Source: an uncultured Gemmatimonadales bacterium
GTDB lineage: Bacteria > Gemmatimonadota > Gemmatimonadetes > Longimicrobiales > RSA9
Length of the DNA: 64,000 nt
Direction of reading: 5' to 3'
Assembly (NCBI GenBank): GCA_963798085.1
Contig: CAWCRS010000007.1
Location: forward strand, 864,001 to 928,000
Below are positions 9,488 to 17,638 of this stretch, one piece after another. Below the pieces are notes generated by a model, which was not told the origin of the DNA, ran no database searches, and worked only from the letters and a program-made list of their open reading frames with translations. Position 1 is the first letter of the stretch; each line of letters starts with the position of its first letter. The position numbers and the translations under genes are program-made.

Positions 9488-11032
9488 ATGAAGTTCGCGC
9501 TGTCATCCGGCAACTGCGACGGCGCGCGTTTCCCGTGGCTGCTGCGTGTCGGTTCTGCTCTGCTGGCCATGCTGCTGGCATGCCTGCCACTGCAGGCCCA
9601 GAGCAACGCCGCCGACTCCGCATGGGCGCGCGGTGACCGCAGCCTCGCCCGACAGCTGTACGCGGCAAGACTGGCGACAGACTCCACGGATGCGCTCGCC
9701 CTCTTCCGCATGGCGCAGCTCGCATCCTGGGTGCGCGACTTCCACGCAACCGTGCGTTATCTCGACCGTCTCCTGACGCTGCATCCGGAGGACCGCGATG
9801 CGCGCGCCGCCCGGGCGCGCGCCATCGCACAGCTGGGCAACCTGGCTGCGGCCATTGACACCGCCAACGCCATCCTGGCCGCGTTCCCCGACGCTGTGGG
9901 GGCGCTCCAGGCGAGGGCGCGCTTCGCGGCATGGAACGGCGACCTGCGTGCCAGCGAGCGCTGGCTGCGAGAGGCGCTGGCGCGCGACTCGAACAACGCC
10001 GACACGCGCGTGGCCCTGGCGCAGACCCTGCGCTGGCAGGGCCGGCCCGATCTGGCGAGCGCCGTGCTGGCGCCCGCACGGCAGCGTTGGCCTGATAACA
10101 CCGATGTTCGCGAGGAAGCACACTGGCTGGCGCAGCAGCTGCAGCCTCACACGCGCTCGGGCATCACCCGCGAAGACGATTCCGATGGCAACGGCATCAC
10201 CACGCTCACCGCCAATGCCGCCGCGCGCCCCATGCTTCGCCTGGAGCTGCGCGCCGGCGGCTATCTGCGGCACGCGGGCCTCAATGCAGCGGCCAGCGCC
10301 ATCGACGCGCGTGGTGTGGTCCTGACAGCGTCTTATCTCGCAGGCAATGGCTGGACCCTGGAAGCATCGGGTGGCGCCAGCCGCTCGAATGCGGAGCAGG
10401 CGACAACACTGCCCGCACTCGCCGGCGCCATCCTCTCGCCCCGACGCAACCGCGCCGTCATCGGCGTCGGCCTGACACGCACGCCGTTCGACTACACCGC
10501 ACCGCTGGCGCGCAACCGTGTCGTGGTCGATGAGGCGCGCGCCACCCTCGATCTGCGCGCCAGCCGCGACTGGAGCCTTGCGCTCGCTGCCGCCACGGCG
10601 CGCTTCGACATCCGTGGCGCCGGCCTGCAGAATCACCGCGCCAGCGGCGAAGCGCACCTCATGCGCCGGCTGTCCGACGCCCTCTCGCTCGCGCTGGGCA
10701 TGCGCGTTTTCGGCTTCGATCGCGATCTCAGCGGCGGCTATTTCGATCCTGATCTCTACGGCATCGCCGACCTGGCTCTCGGCTGGCACTGGCAGGCCAG
10801 CCACTGGACGGTCGACGCCGAGGCTGCGCCCGGCGTGCAGCAGGTGGGCAGCACCGGCAGTCCCGGTGGCGCCGCCCGTGCTGCCGGCACCCTGGCGTAC
10901 GATGTGCGCCCCGGCCGACGCCTCGCGCTGCGTGGCGTCTGGGCCAACACGGGGCTGCAGCAGCTTTCGCCCGGAGCCGGCGCAGCCTACCGTTACACCT
11001 CGGCGTCACTGCTCTTCTCCTGGTGGTTCTAG
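9488..11032 (+). CDS. TPR protein with C-terminal outer-membrane beta-barrel (YaiO/PgaA-like)
   Basis: Signal peptide, TPR-like helical repeats, amphipathic beta-strands, GYFDPD loop, aromatic C-terminus (SWWF). Confidence 0.7.
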   Translation: MKFALSSGNCDGARFPWLLRVGSALLAMLLACLPLQAQSNAADSAWARGDRSLARQLYAARLATDSTDALALFRMAQLASWVRDFHATVRYLDRLLTLHPEDRDARAARARAIAQLGNLAAAIDTANAILAAFPDAVGALQARARFAAWNGDLRASERWLREALARDSNNADTRVALAQTLRWQGRPDLASAVLAPARQRWPDNTDVREEAHWLAQQLQPHTRSGITREDDSDGNGITTLTANAAARPMLRLELRAGGYLRHAGLNAAASAIDARGVVLTASYLAGNGWTLEASGGASRSNAEQATTLPALAGAILSPRRNRAVIGVGLTRTPFDYTAPLARNRVVVDEARATLDLRASRDWSLALAAATARFDIRGAGLQNHRASGEAHLMRRLSDALSLALGMRVFGFDRDLSGGYFDPDLYGIADLALGWHWQASHWTVDAEAAPGVQQVGSTGSPGGAARAAGTLAYDVRPGRRLALRGVWANTGLQQLSPGAGAAYRYTSASLLFSWWF

Positions 11033-11057
11033 CGACGGTTCACCCGTTCCGGGATTC

Positions 11058-12320
11058 ATGCCTCTGCAACTGGCTGACGAAGACAGGGCTCTGCTTGCCG
11101 GCGAGCGGGGCGCCGCCGCGCAGCTCGCCATGCAGCTGCTGCTGCGCCTGGGCGAGCTGAGCGACGCACCGCATTTCATTGACATCGCCGGTGCCCACAT
11201 CGACAGCTGCCTGTATCACGGCGAAGCCGGCCTCGACTTCGCCGAGCTGCTGCTGCGCGCAGGCGGGCGCGTGGCCGTGCCCGCGACGCTCAATGTCTCC
11301 TCGCTCGACCTGCTGCACCCGCAGCTCTATCGCGGGCCCGCGCAGACCGCGGCGCAGGCCCGTCGCCTCATGGATGCCTACCAGGCCATGGGCTGCACGC
11401 CCACCTGGACCTGCGCGCCCTACCAGCTGCCGCAGCGGCCCGCCTTCGGCCAGCACATCGCGTGGGCCGAGTCCAACGCCATCGTTTTCGCTAATTCGGT
11501 GTTGGGTGCGCGCACCGACCGCTACGGCGACTTCACCGACATCTGTGCCGCCATCACCGGGCGGGTGCCGTACGCCGGACTGCACCGCACGGAACGCCGA
11601 AGGGGAAGCGTCGTCTACGATCTGCACGCACTGCCGGTCCGACTGCTGGAGCACGATGTCTGTTACCCGGTGCTGGGACACATCGTGGGTCACGAGTGCG
11701 GCGGCGAAGTGCCCGTGCTGCACGGCCTGCCACCCGACACGGGCGAGGACCGGCTCAAGGCGCTGGGTGCGGCCAGCGCATCATCGGGCGCGGTCGCCAT
11801 GTTCCACGCGGTGGGCGTCACGCCGGAAGCGCCCACCCTGACCGACGCGCTGCAGCAGCAACCCGCGCTGCGCACGGTGCGCATCACGGGTGCGCAGCTG
11901 CGCGCGGCGCGCGAGCAGTTGAGCACGCGCACGCAGGGTCCGCTCATCGCCGTGAGCCTGGGCACGCCCCATTTCTCGGCGCGCGAGTTCAGGCAGCTCG
12001 CGGCGAGGCTCGCCGGCGTGCGCTTCGCGCCCTCCGTCGATGTCTGGGTCTCGACAGCGCGCGACACGCTCGCCGCACTGGACCCGCAGGTGCGGGCGGC
12101 GTGTGATAACGCCGGTGTTCGCATCGTCACCGATACCTGCACCTACATCACGCCCATCCTGCGGCGCACCGACGGCGTGGTCATGACGAATTCCGCGAAA
12201 TGGGCGTTCTACGCGCCCGGCAACCTGGGCGTGGACGTCGCCTTCGGCAGTCTGGAGGAGTGCCTGCGCTCCGCGCAGCAGGGCAGCATCGAGCGGGACG
12301 ATGACCTCTGGGCCGATTGA
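11058..12320 (+). CDS. Aconitase X catalytic (large) subunit
   Basis: AHIDSC, TCAPY, WAESNA..FANSVLGART, DTC and TNSAKWAFY motifs. Confidence 0.9.
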   Translation: MPLQLADEDRALLAGERGAAAQLAMQLLLRLGELSDAPHFIDIAGAHIDSCLYHGEAGLDFAELLLRAGGRVAVPATLNVSSLDLLHPQLYRGPAQTAAQARRLMDAYQAMGCTPTWTCAPYQLPQRPAFGQHIAWAESNAIVFANSVLGARTDRYGDFTDICAAITGRVPYAGLHRTERRRGSVVYDLHALPVRLLEHDVCYPVLGHIVGHECGGEVPVLHGLPPDTGEDRLKALGAASASSGAVAMFHAVGVTPEAPTLTDALQQQPALRTVRITGAQLRAAREQLSTRTQGPLIAVSLGTPHFSAREFRQLAARLAGVRFAPSVDVWVSTARDTLAALDPQVRAACDNAGVRIVTDTCTYITPILRRTDGVVMTNSAKWAFYAPGNLGVDVAFGSLEECLRSAQQGSIERDDDLWAD

Positions 12321-12732
12321 CGGCCGCCCGCTCGTCGCCGGTCATGCGACCGGACGCGTCCTGGTTCTCGCGGAACCCCTCTCCTTCTGGGGCGGCCTCG
12401 ATCCCGCGGACGGCCGCATCATCGATCACCGTCACCCGCAGCACGGCGAATCGGTGACGGGTCGCATCCTGGCGCTGCCCGCCGGGCGAGGCTCCAGCTC
12501 CAGCAGCACGGTGCTCGCGGAGGCTCTGCGCCTGGGCACGGCACCCGCCGCGATCCTGTTGGCGCGCGCCGACCCCATCATCGTGATGGGCGTGCTCGTC
12601 GCCGATCAGCTGTACGGCTGTGGTATTCCCGTCATCGAGATCGGTGAGGCCGCCCTTGCGGCCCTGCGTGACGGGCAGTTGCTCTCAATCGGCGATCCTC
12701 GCGCAGTATCACCTCCCGACCATGCGTCTTGA
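12301..12732 (+). CDS. Aconitase X swivel (small) subunit, DUF126
   Basis: LSFWGGLDP..G.IIDHRHP and GRGSSSSS motifs; overlaps the large-subunit gene. Confidence 0.9.
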   Translation: MTSGPIDGRPLVAGHATGRVLVLAEPLSFWGGLDPADGRIIDHRHPQHGESVTGRILALPAGRGSSSSSTVLAEALRLGTAPAAILLARADPIIVMGVLVADQLYGCGIPVIEIGEAALAALRDGQLLSIGDPRAVSPPDHAS

Positions 12733-12763
12733 GCAGACGCAAATCCTAACAATCCTGTCATAA

Positions 12764-12792
12764 TTGACGCTCACTTTCATTGTGCGTATGCT
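12764..12792 (+). promoter_or_regulatory. Putative sigma70 promoter
   Basis: TTGACG-17 nt-TATGCT in an AT-rich patch upstream of the CDS at 13027. Confidence 0.6.
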
Positions 12793-13026
12793 AGGCGAAC
12801 GCTGACCACGCGCCGGCACCCCCGACGGCGCTTCTGACACGACGTGGCATCCATGGCCACTGCCACCCACTCGAGACAACGAACCGGACCTGAAGGGCCC
12901 AATTCAGGCAAAACCCTGGCGCCCGGAAACGTCGGACAGGCATCCGTGCCTGCGCCATGTCGACGCACGACTCGCAGAGTCCGTTCATCGGCAGAGTCAG
13001 CCGCGCGCATGATTCAATGAGGGTGC

Positions 13027-15084
13027 GTGCCTTCCCGACCGTCGGTGATTCGTGCAGCGGTTTGCGGCGATCCTGCGGAGAAATCGAGCTCAGCGATGCA
13101 AGGCGTCACCCATGCGTCCAGCGCGCATAGAAGGCAGTTGGCGCGGACACCGAACCCGACACAAGCCGAAGCAGGCAAATCGCGCAGTGGCGCGTCCCGC
13201 AGCCACCGCGTTGTGGCGCTCTTGCCGGTCTTGCTGCTCGCCGTTGCCGTGGGTGCGCTCGCATTTGCCGGATCGTATCTGAGCGATCCCCGCTTCCACG
13301 CGTGGCGCGCGCTCGATGTCTGGTTCGAGAGCGATGCGCCACGCGTCATTGCATCACTCGTGTCACGCACCAGCGAAGCGAGCGTCAACCGCGCCGACGT
13401 GCATCCGCTGTTCCTGCTCATCGGGTACGGACCGGTGCAGTTCATGCGTATCGTGCTGCACCTGGACACGCGCACTGCCATCAGCGGAGTGCTGGCCGCG
13501 ATTGCCGGTGGCTGGACGCTGCTTCTCTTCGCGGTTCTGCGAACGCTCGGACTCACGCTGCTGGATGCACTGCTGTTCACGCTCGTGGGCCTCACCAGCG
13601 CCACCGCCATGTTCTGGCTCATGGTGCCGGAGACGTACGCCTTCGGCTCTGTCACGATTCTCTTTGCCCTGCTCCTCGCCGCCGCCGGTAACCGTCGTCT
13701 CGCGGGCGGGGCATGGGACGAATCCGCCCTCGTGCTGACGCTGGGCATTACCGTCACGAACTGGGTGTATGGGATCCTGGCGAGCATCGCGCGCCGGCCC
13801 TGGCGCGAGGCGCTGCAGCATTGCGTGAACGGTTTTGTCATCGTGGTGCTCGCGTGGACGGTGCAGCATCACTTCTTCCCGGACACACGTTTCTTCCTCG
13901 ATCCGCGCCCGCCTACCAACTACCTGACGTCACCGGAATCGGGCGGGCCCGTGCGCGTGGCAGCTTCGTTTTTCGCGCATTCACTGGTGGCGCCCGCCAT
14001 CGAGGTCACGAGCCGACCGGGCCAGCGCGACTGGCCCATCATGCGCACGCAGTTCTCGACGCCTGGTTCCGGGACGCGGCTTGGACCGCCGGCGCTGGTT
14101 CTCTGGGCGTGCCTGCTGGGGATGGGCTTGTGGATGGCGATCTCGCGCAGGAACCTGCGACGCATGGGCGCTGTGATCGCGGTTGCGATCCTCGCGCAGC
14201 TCGCGCTGCACATCGCCTTCGGCCACGAGACGTTCCTCTACGCGCTCGACTACTTTCCACCGCTGCTGGTGCTGGCCGCGTTCGCCACGCAGTCGCCGCA
14301 CCGCTGGCTCGTGCGCGGCCTGGCCTGCGCGCTGGTGCTCACCGCCGGCGCCAACAACGCGGTGCAACTGCGCCGCGCGCTCGGTTTCTTCCAGCATGCC
14401 GGCCCGTGGGAGCACGATATTGTCAGCGAGCGAGCGCGCCGGCCCGGCGACCTCTGGCAGCGACCCGGCGAGGTGCAGTTGCTGTCCAATCCGGACGGCG
14501 GCATGCAGAGCCAGCCCGTGCACGTGCCGGGCGGGACCTTCCATCCCGCACTGTTCCGCTTCGCGGCCTCGTTCTGGGTGCTCGACGCCCGCGACAACCT
14601 GCTGGCCACCAGTGACAACATCCCGTCTGACCGGGTGCGCGAGGACAGCATCACGACGCCCACCGGCTCCACCATCGGCATGCGCACCTCAACACCGTAT
14701 TACAGTGCGGAATGGCGCGTGGCTCCGCGCGCCCGGCGACTGCTGGAACTCGACGTCACTGACGCGGCCCACCCCGTGCTGCTGGTGCTGCGCGGCTTCG
14801 GTGCCTGGGGCGGCCCGCTGCGCAGCGCCGCGTGGAACGGCCAGCGGCTGCTCCTCAACGACCGCTGGACGCTGGCCTGTTCACCGCTGCCCAGCCGCGT
14901 CAGCCTGGGCGAGGAAGGCGTGCCCGGCTGGACCCGCCAGCGCCTGGGCGTCTCCTCGGTCCTGAGCACACACGGCTGGGCATATGCCCGCCTTCGCTTC
15001 GCTGCCGGAACGCCGTATAACTGCCAGTTAGAAGATCTCCGGCCGGGCCAGGGCGTGGACCAGCCTCTCTTCCAGCTGCACTGA
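13027..15084 (+). CDS. Polytopic membrane protein (GT-C-like) with C-terminal soluble domain, paralog 1
   Basis: Many TMs; WFESDAPRV...DVHPLF, PETY, GITVTNW and ETFLY motifs; start uncertain (13027 GTG or 13096 ATG). Confidence 0.7.
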   Translation: MPSRPSVIRAAVCGDPAEKSSSAMQGVTHASSAHRRQLARTPNPTQAEAGKSRSGASRSHRVVALLPVLLLAVAVGALAFAGSYLSDPRFHAWRALDVWFESDAPRVIASLVSRTSEASVNRADVHPLFLLIGYGPVQFMRIVLHLDTRTAISGVLAAIAGGWTLLLFAVLRTLGLTLLDALLFTLVGLTSATAMFWLMVPETYAFGSVTILFALLLAAAGNRRLAGGAWDESALVLTLGITVTNWVYGILASIARRPWREALQHCVNGFVIVVLAWTVQHHFFPDTRFFLDPRPPTNYLTSPESGGPVRVAASFFAHSLVAPAIEVTSRPGQRDWPIMRTQFSTPGSGTRLGPPALVLWACLLGMGLWMAISRRNLRRMGAVIAVAILAQLALHIAFGHETFLYALDYFPPLLVLAAFATQSPHRWLVRGLACALVLTAGANNAVQLRRALGFFQHAGPWEHDIVSERARRPGDLWQRPGEVQLLSNPDGGMQSQPVHVPGGTFHPALFRFAASFWVLDARDNLLATSDNIPSDRVREDSITTPTGSTIGMRTSTPYYSAEWRVAPRARRLLELDVTDAAHPVLLVLRGFGAWGGPLRSAAWNGQRLLLNDRWTLACSPLPSRVSLGEEGVPGWTRQRLGVSSVLSTHGWAYARLRFAAGTPYNCQLEDLRPGQGVDQPLFQLH

Positions 15085-15109
15085 TGCTGTTCGCGCACCC
15101 CGTCGCATC

Positions 15110-17284
15110 GTGACTCCCGCCCGGCGGCCCGCCGCCGCGGACAGGCGCAACCTGCGGCCGCCTCTTGCGGTCGCGCTCGGGCTCGCAGGCTTGTGGCTGG
15201 GGTTTGTGTGGCTGCTGGCGCCGCACCTCATCCGCATGGCATGGGCCGGCCGCGGTCCCGCGTTTCTCGCGAGCCTGCTCCAGGGTCGCGCAACACACCC
15301 GGTATCCGGCTATCTCCACGCGTGGTCGCGTTTCGCCCGCGTTTCGACGGTCGGGCTCGTTGCCGCGGGGCTGGCCGCGGCCGTGGTACTGCGCTTCGGT
15401 GATCGCATCGAACGCGTATGGCGGCCGTACCTGCGCCCCGAGCATTCCATTCCACCGGTCACCAGCCTGCTGCTCAGCGCCTGGATCGGACTGATCGCCG
15501 GTTTCGCCGAATTCCTGAGCGGAGCCATCAAGTACCGTATCGACGGCGTCTTTTCCGAATGGTCGAATCCCGATTCGCTCTGGATGGCGCCGCTGGGTCT
15601 GGCGCTGCTCTTTGCGCTGACGGACGCACTGCTCCTCACGGTCACGGCATCCTGGCGGCGCACGATCTCGTTCCGCCTCGTGCTCGCGATCCCCGTGGCG
15701 CTCGGCCTCCTGAGCGTCACGCGCAGTCTGCGCCTGGGCGTGCACCCGCTCGCTCTCGGGGTCCTGGTATGCGGTGCGGCTGTCGCCGCCTCGGCGGCGG
15801 CGAAACATCGGTCCGGAACAACGATCCGTCTGATGCGCTCAACCGCATTCCCGCTCGCTCTCGCCATACCCGTGCTCGCCATTTCCAGCTCGGCCGTCCG
15901 AATACTGGCGGAGCGGCGCAGCCTCGCGGCATTACCACCGCCGCCCACGGGCGCGCCCAACATCCTGCTCGTCATCCTCGACACAGTGCGCGAGCAGGAA
16001 CTGAGCCTCTACGGCTACACCCGCCCCACCACACCGGAGCTCGAGAACCTGGCCCGCAATGCCATCGTGTTCGACAACGCGTTTGCCACTGCCCCCTGGA
16101 CACTGACGTCACACGCCAGTCTGCTGACTGGTCGTTATCCGGTCGAGCTGTCGACCGGCTGGCGCAATCCGCTCGATCAAAAAGCGCCGACGCTCGCCGC
16201 TGTGCTCGCGGCCAGAGGCTACAACACCGCCGGCTTCGTGGCGAATCTCAACTACTGTACCCGTCGCTCCGGCCTGCAACGTGGCTTCGCGCACTACGAG
16301 GACTACGACCGCTCCGCGGCCAATGTCCTCGCCAGCAGCTGGCTCACCGCGCGCCTCGCGCTCTGGATCGGTCGCCGGCTGGGACGGCCGCCCCGTCTGG
16401 TGCGAGTCCATGCGCCCGATATTAACAGAGAGTTTGAAGGCTGGCTGGACCGCGCGGGTGACCGGCCGTTCTTCGCTTTCCTCAACTACTACGACACGCA
16501 CGATCCCTACGAGTGGCACGATTCCGCATTCGCCGGCCTGGGCTACGGGCGAGAACCCGACAGCGTACGCAACGCGCAGGGCAGGCGAGTGTCGCGCTCA
16601 CCCGGATCGCGCCACGCCCTCGATGCCTATGACAGCAGTCTCCGCTTCCTCGATCACCAGCTGGGCGCCCTGTTCGACGAACTGCGCCGTCGCGATCTCC
16701 TGCAGAACACGCTGCTCATCGTCACCGCGGACCACGGCGAGCAGTTCGCCGAGCACGGACTGACACACCACGGTAACAGCCTGTTCTCCCAGCTGCTGCA
16801 CGTGCCGCTCATCATCCGCCCGCCCGCCGGCGGAGGCAAGCGTGTCGACGAACCCGTGGGACTCATCGATGTACCGGCCACCATCCTGGCCGCAGCCGGC
16901 GTGGCGCGCCCGCCACTGCAACGCGGTGTTGCACTCGACCGCTTCTGGAGCGGGTCGACCGCGGCACCGTCGCCCGGCGGCGCCATCGTGTCCGAGCTCG
17001 AACCCAATGTCCGGGATCGCGGACTCGCTGGCCCGGCCAGACTCGGCCCCATGCGATCCCTCGTCCTCGACCACTGGCACTACATCCGCAACGGCGACCG
17101 TTCCGAGGCCCTCTTCGACATCCTGCTCGACCCGCTCGAAGACCGCGACCTCACCCGCTCGCCCGATGGCCAGGCCGTGCTGCCCGGCCTCAGAACGGCG
17201 CTTGATTCGGTGCTCGACGCCCTGCCGAGCCCCGCCGCAGCCGAGCGCACCCGGCCGGCCACCCACCGGGCCGCACTCCGCTAA
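15110..17284 (+). CDS. Membrane-anchored sulfatase-like protein (alkaline phosphatase superfamily), paralog 1
   Basis: N-terminal TMs; ILDTVR, APWTLTSHAS, FFAFLNYYDTHDPY, ADHGE and HGNSL motifs. Confidence 0.85.
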   Translation: MTPARRPAAADRRNLRPPLAVALGLAGLWLGFVWLLAPHLIRMAWAGRGPAFLASLLQGRATHPVSGYLHAWSRFARVSTVGLVAAGLAAAVVLRFGDRIERVWRPYLRPEHSIPPVTSLLLSAWIGLIAGFAEFLSGAIKYRIDGVFSEWSNPDSLWMAPLGLALLFALTDALLLTVTASWRRTISFRLVLAIPVALGLLSVTRSLRLGVHPLALGVLVCGAAVAASAAAKHRSGTTIRLMRSTAFPLALAIPVLAISSSAVRILAERRSLAALPPPPTGAPNILLVILDTVREQELSLYGYTRPTTPELENLARNAIVFDNAFATAPWTLTSHASLLTGRYPVELSTGWRNPLDQKAPTLAAVLAARGYNTAGFVANLNYCTRRSGLQRGFAHYEDYDRSAANVLASSWLTARLALWIGRRLGRPPRLVRVHAPDINREFEGWLDRAGDRPFFAFLNYYDTHDPYEWHDSAFAGLGYGREPDSVRNAQGRRVSRSPGSRHALDAYDSSLRFLDHQLGALFDELRRRDLLQNTLLIVTADHGEQFAEHGLTHHGNSLFSQLLHVPLIIRPPAGGGKRVDEPVGLIDVPATILAAAGVARPPLQRGVALDRFWSGSTAAPSPGGAIVSELEPNVRDRGLAGPARLGPMRSLVLDHWHYIRNGDRSEALFDILLDPLEDRDLTRSPDGQAVLPGLRTALDSVLDALPSPAAAERTRPATHRAALR

Positions 17285-17347
17285 CGCAATACATCGGCAG
17301 GTCCGGCGGCGTGCCGACAGGCCTGCTGTCATTCTGTCGTCATGAAG

Positions 17348-17362
17348 TGAGAACGGTTCTCA
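17348..17362. promoter_or_regulatory. 7-1-7 inverted repeat, candidate operator
   Basis: TGAGAAC-G-GTTCTCA in the intergenic region upstream of paralog 2. Confidence 0.4.
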
Positions 17363-17638
17363 TGTGTGGCAAACCGGCCGCCCGTTGCCTGACCTGACCA
17401 ATGCACTCTACACTTCAAGGTGTCCCGCGCATGGAAGCGCCCTCCCCGCTGCGCTTGAACGTATGCCGCACGGGCACTGAAAAAGCACGACGCCGACATC
17501 ACGCACGAATCGGGAGAACTCGGGCTTGCAGTACGAGACGCCGAGCCTGTCAGGGTACGGTTGCAGCTGGCGCGATGGACTGACCGCGAAGTTGGTGGCT
17601 GGTTGCGCACGCACATGTCCCGCGGTTGCGTGGTGCGC

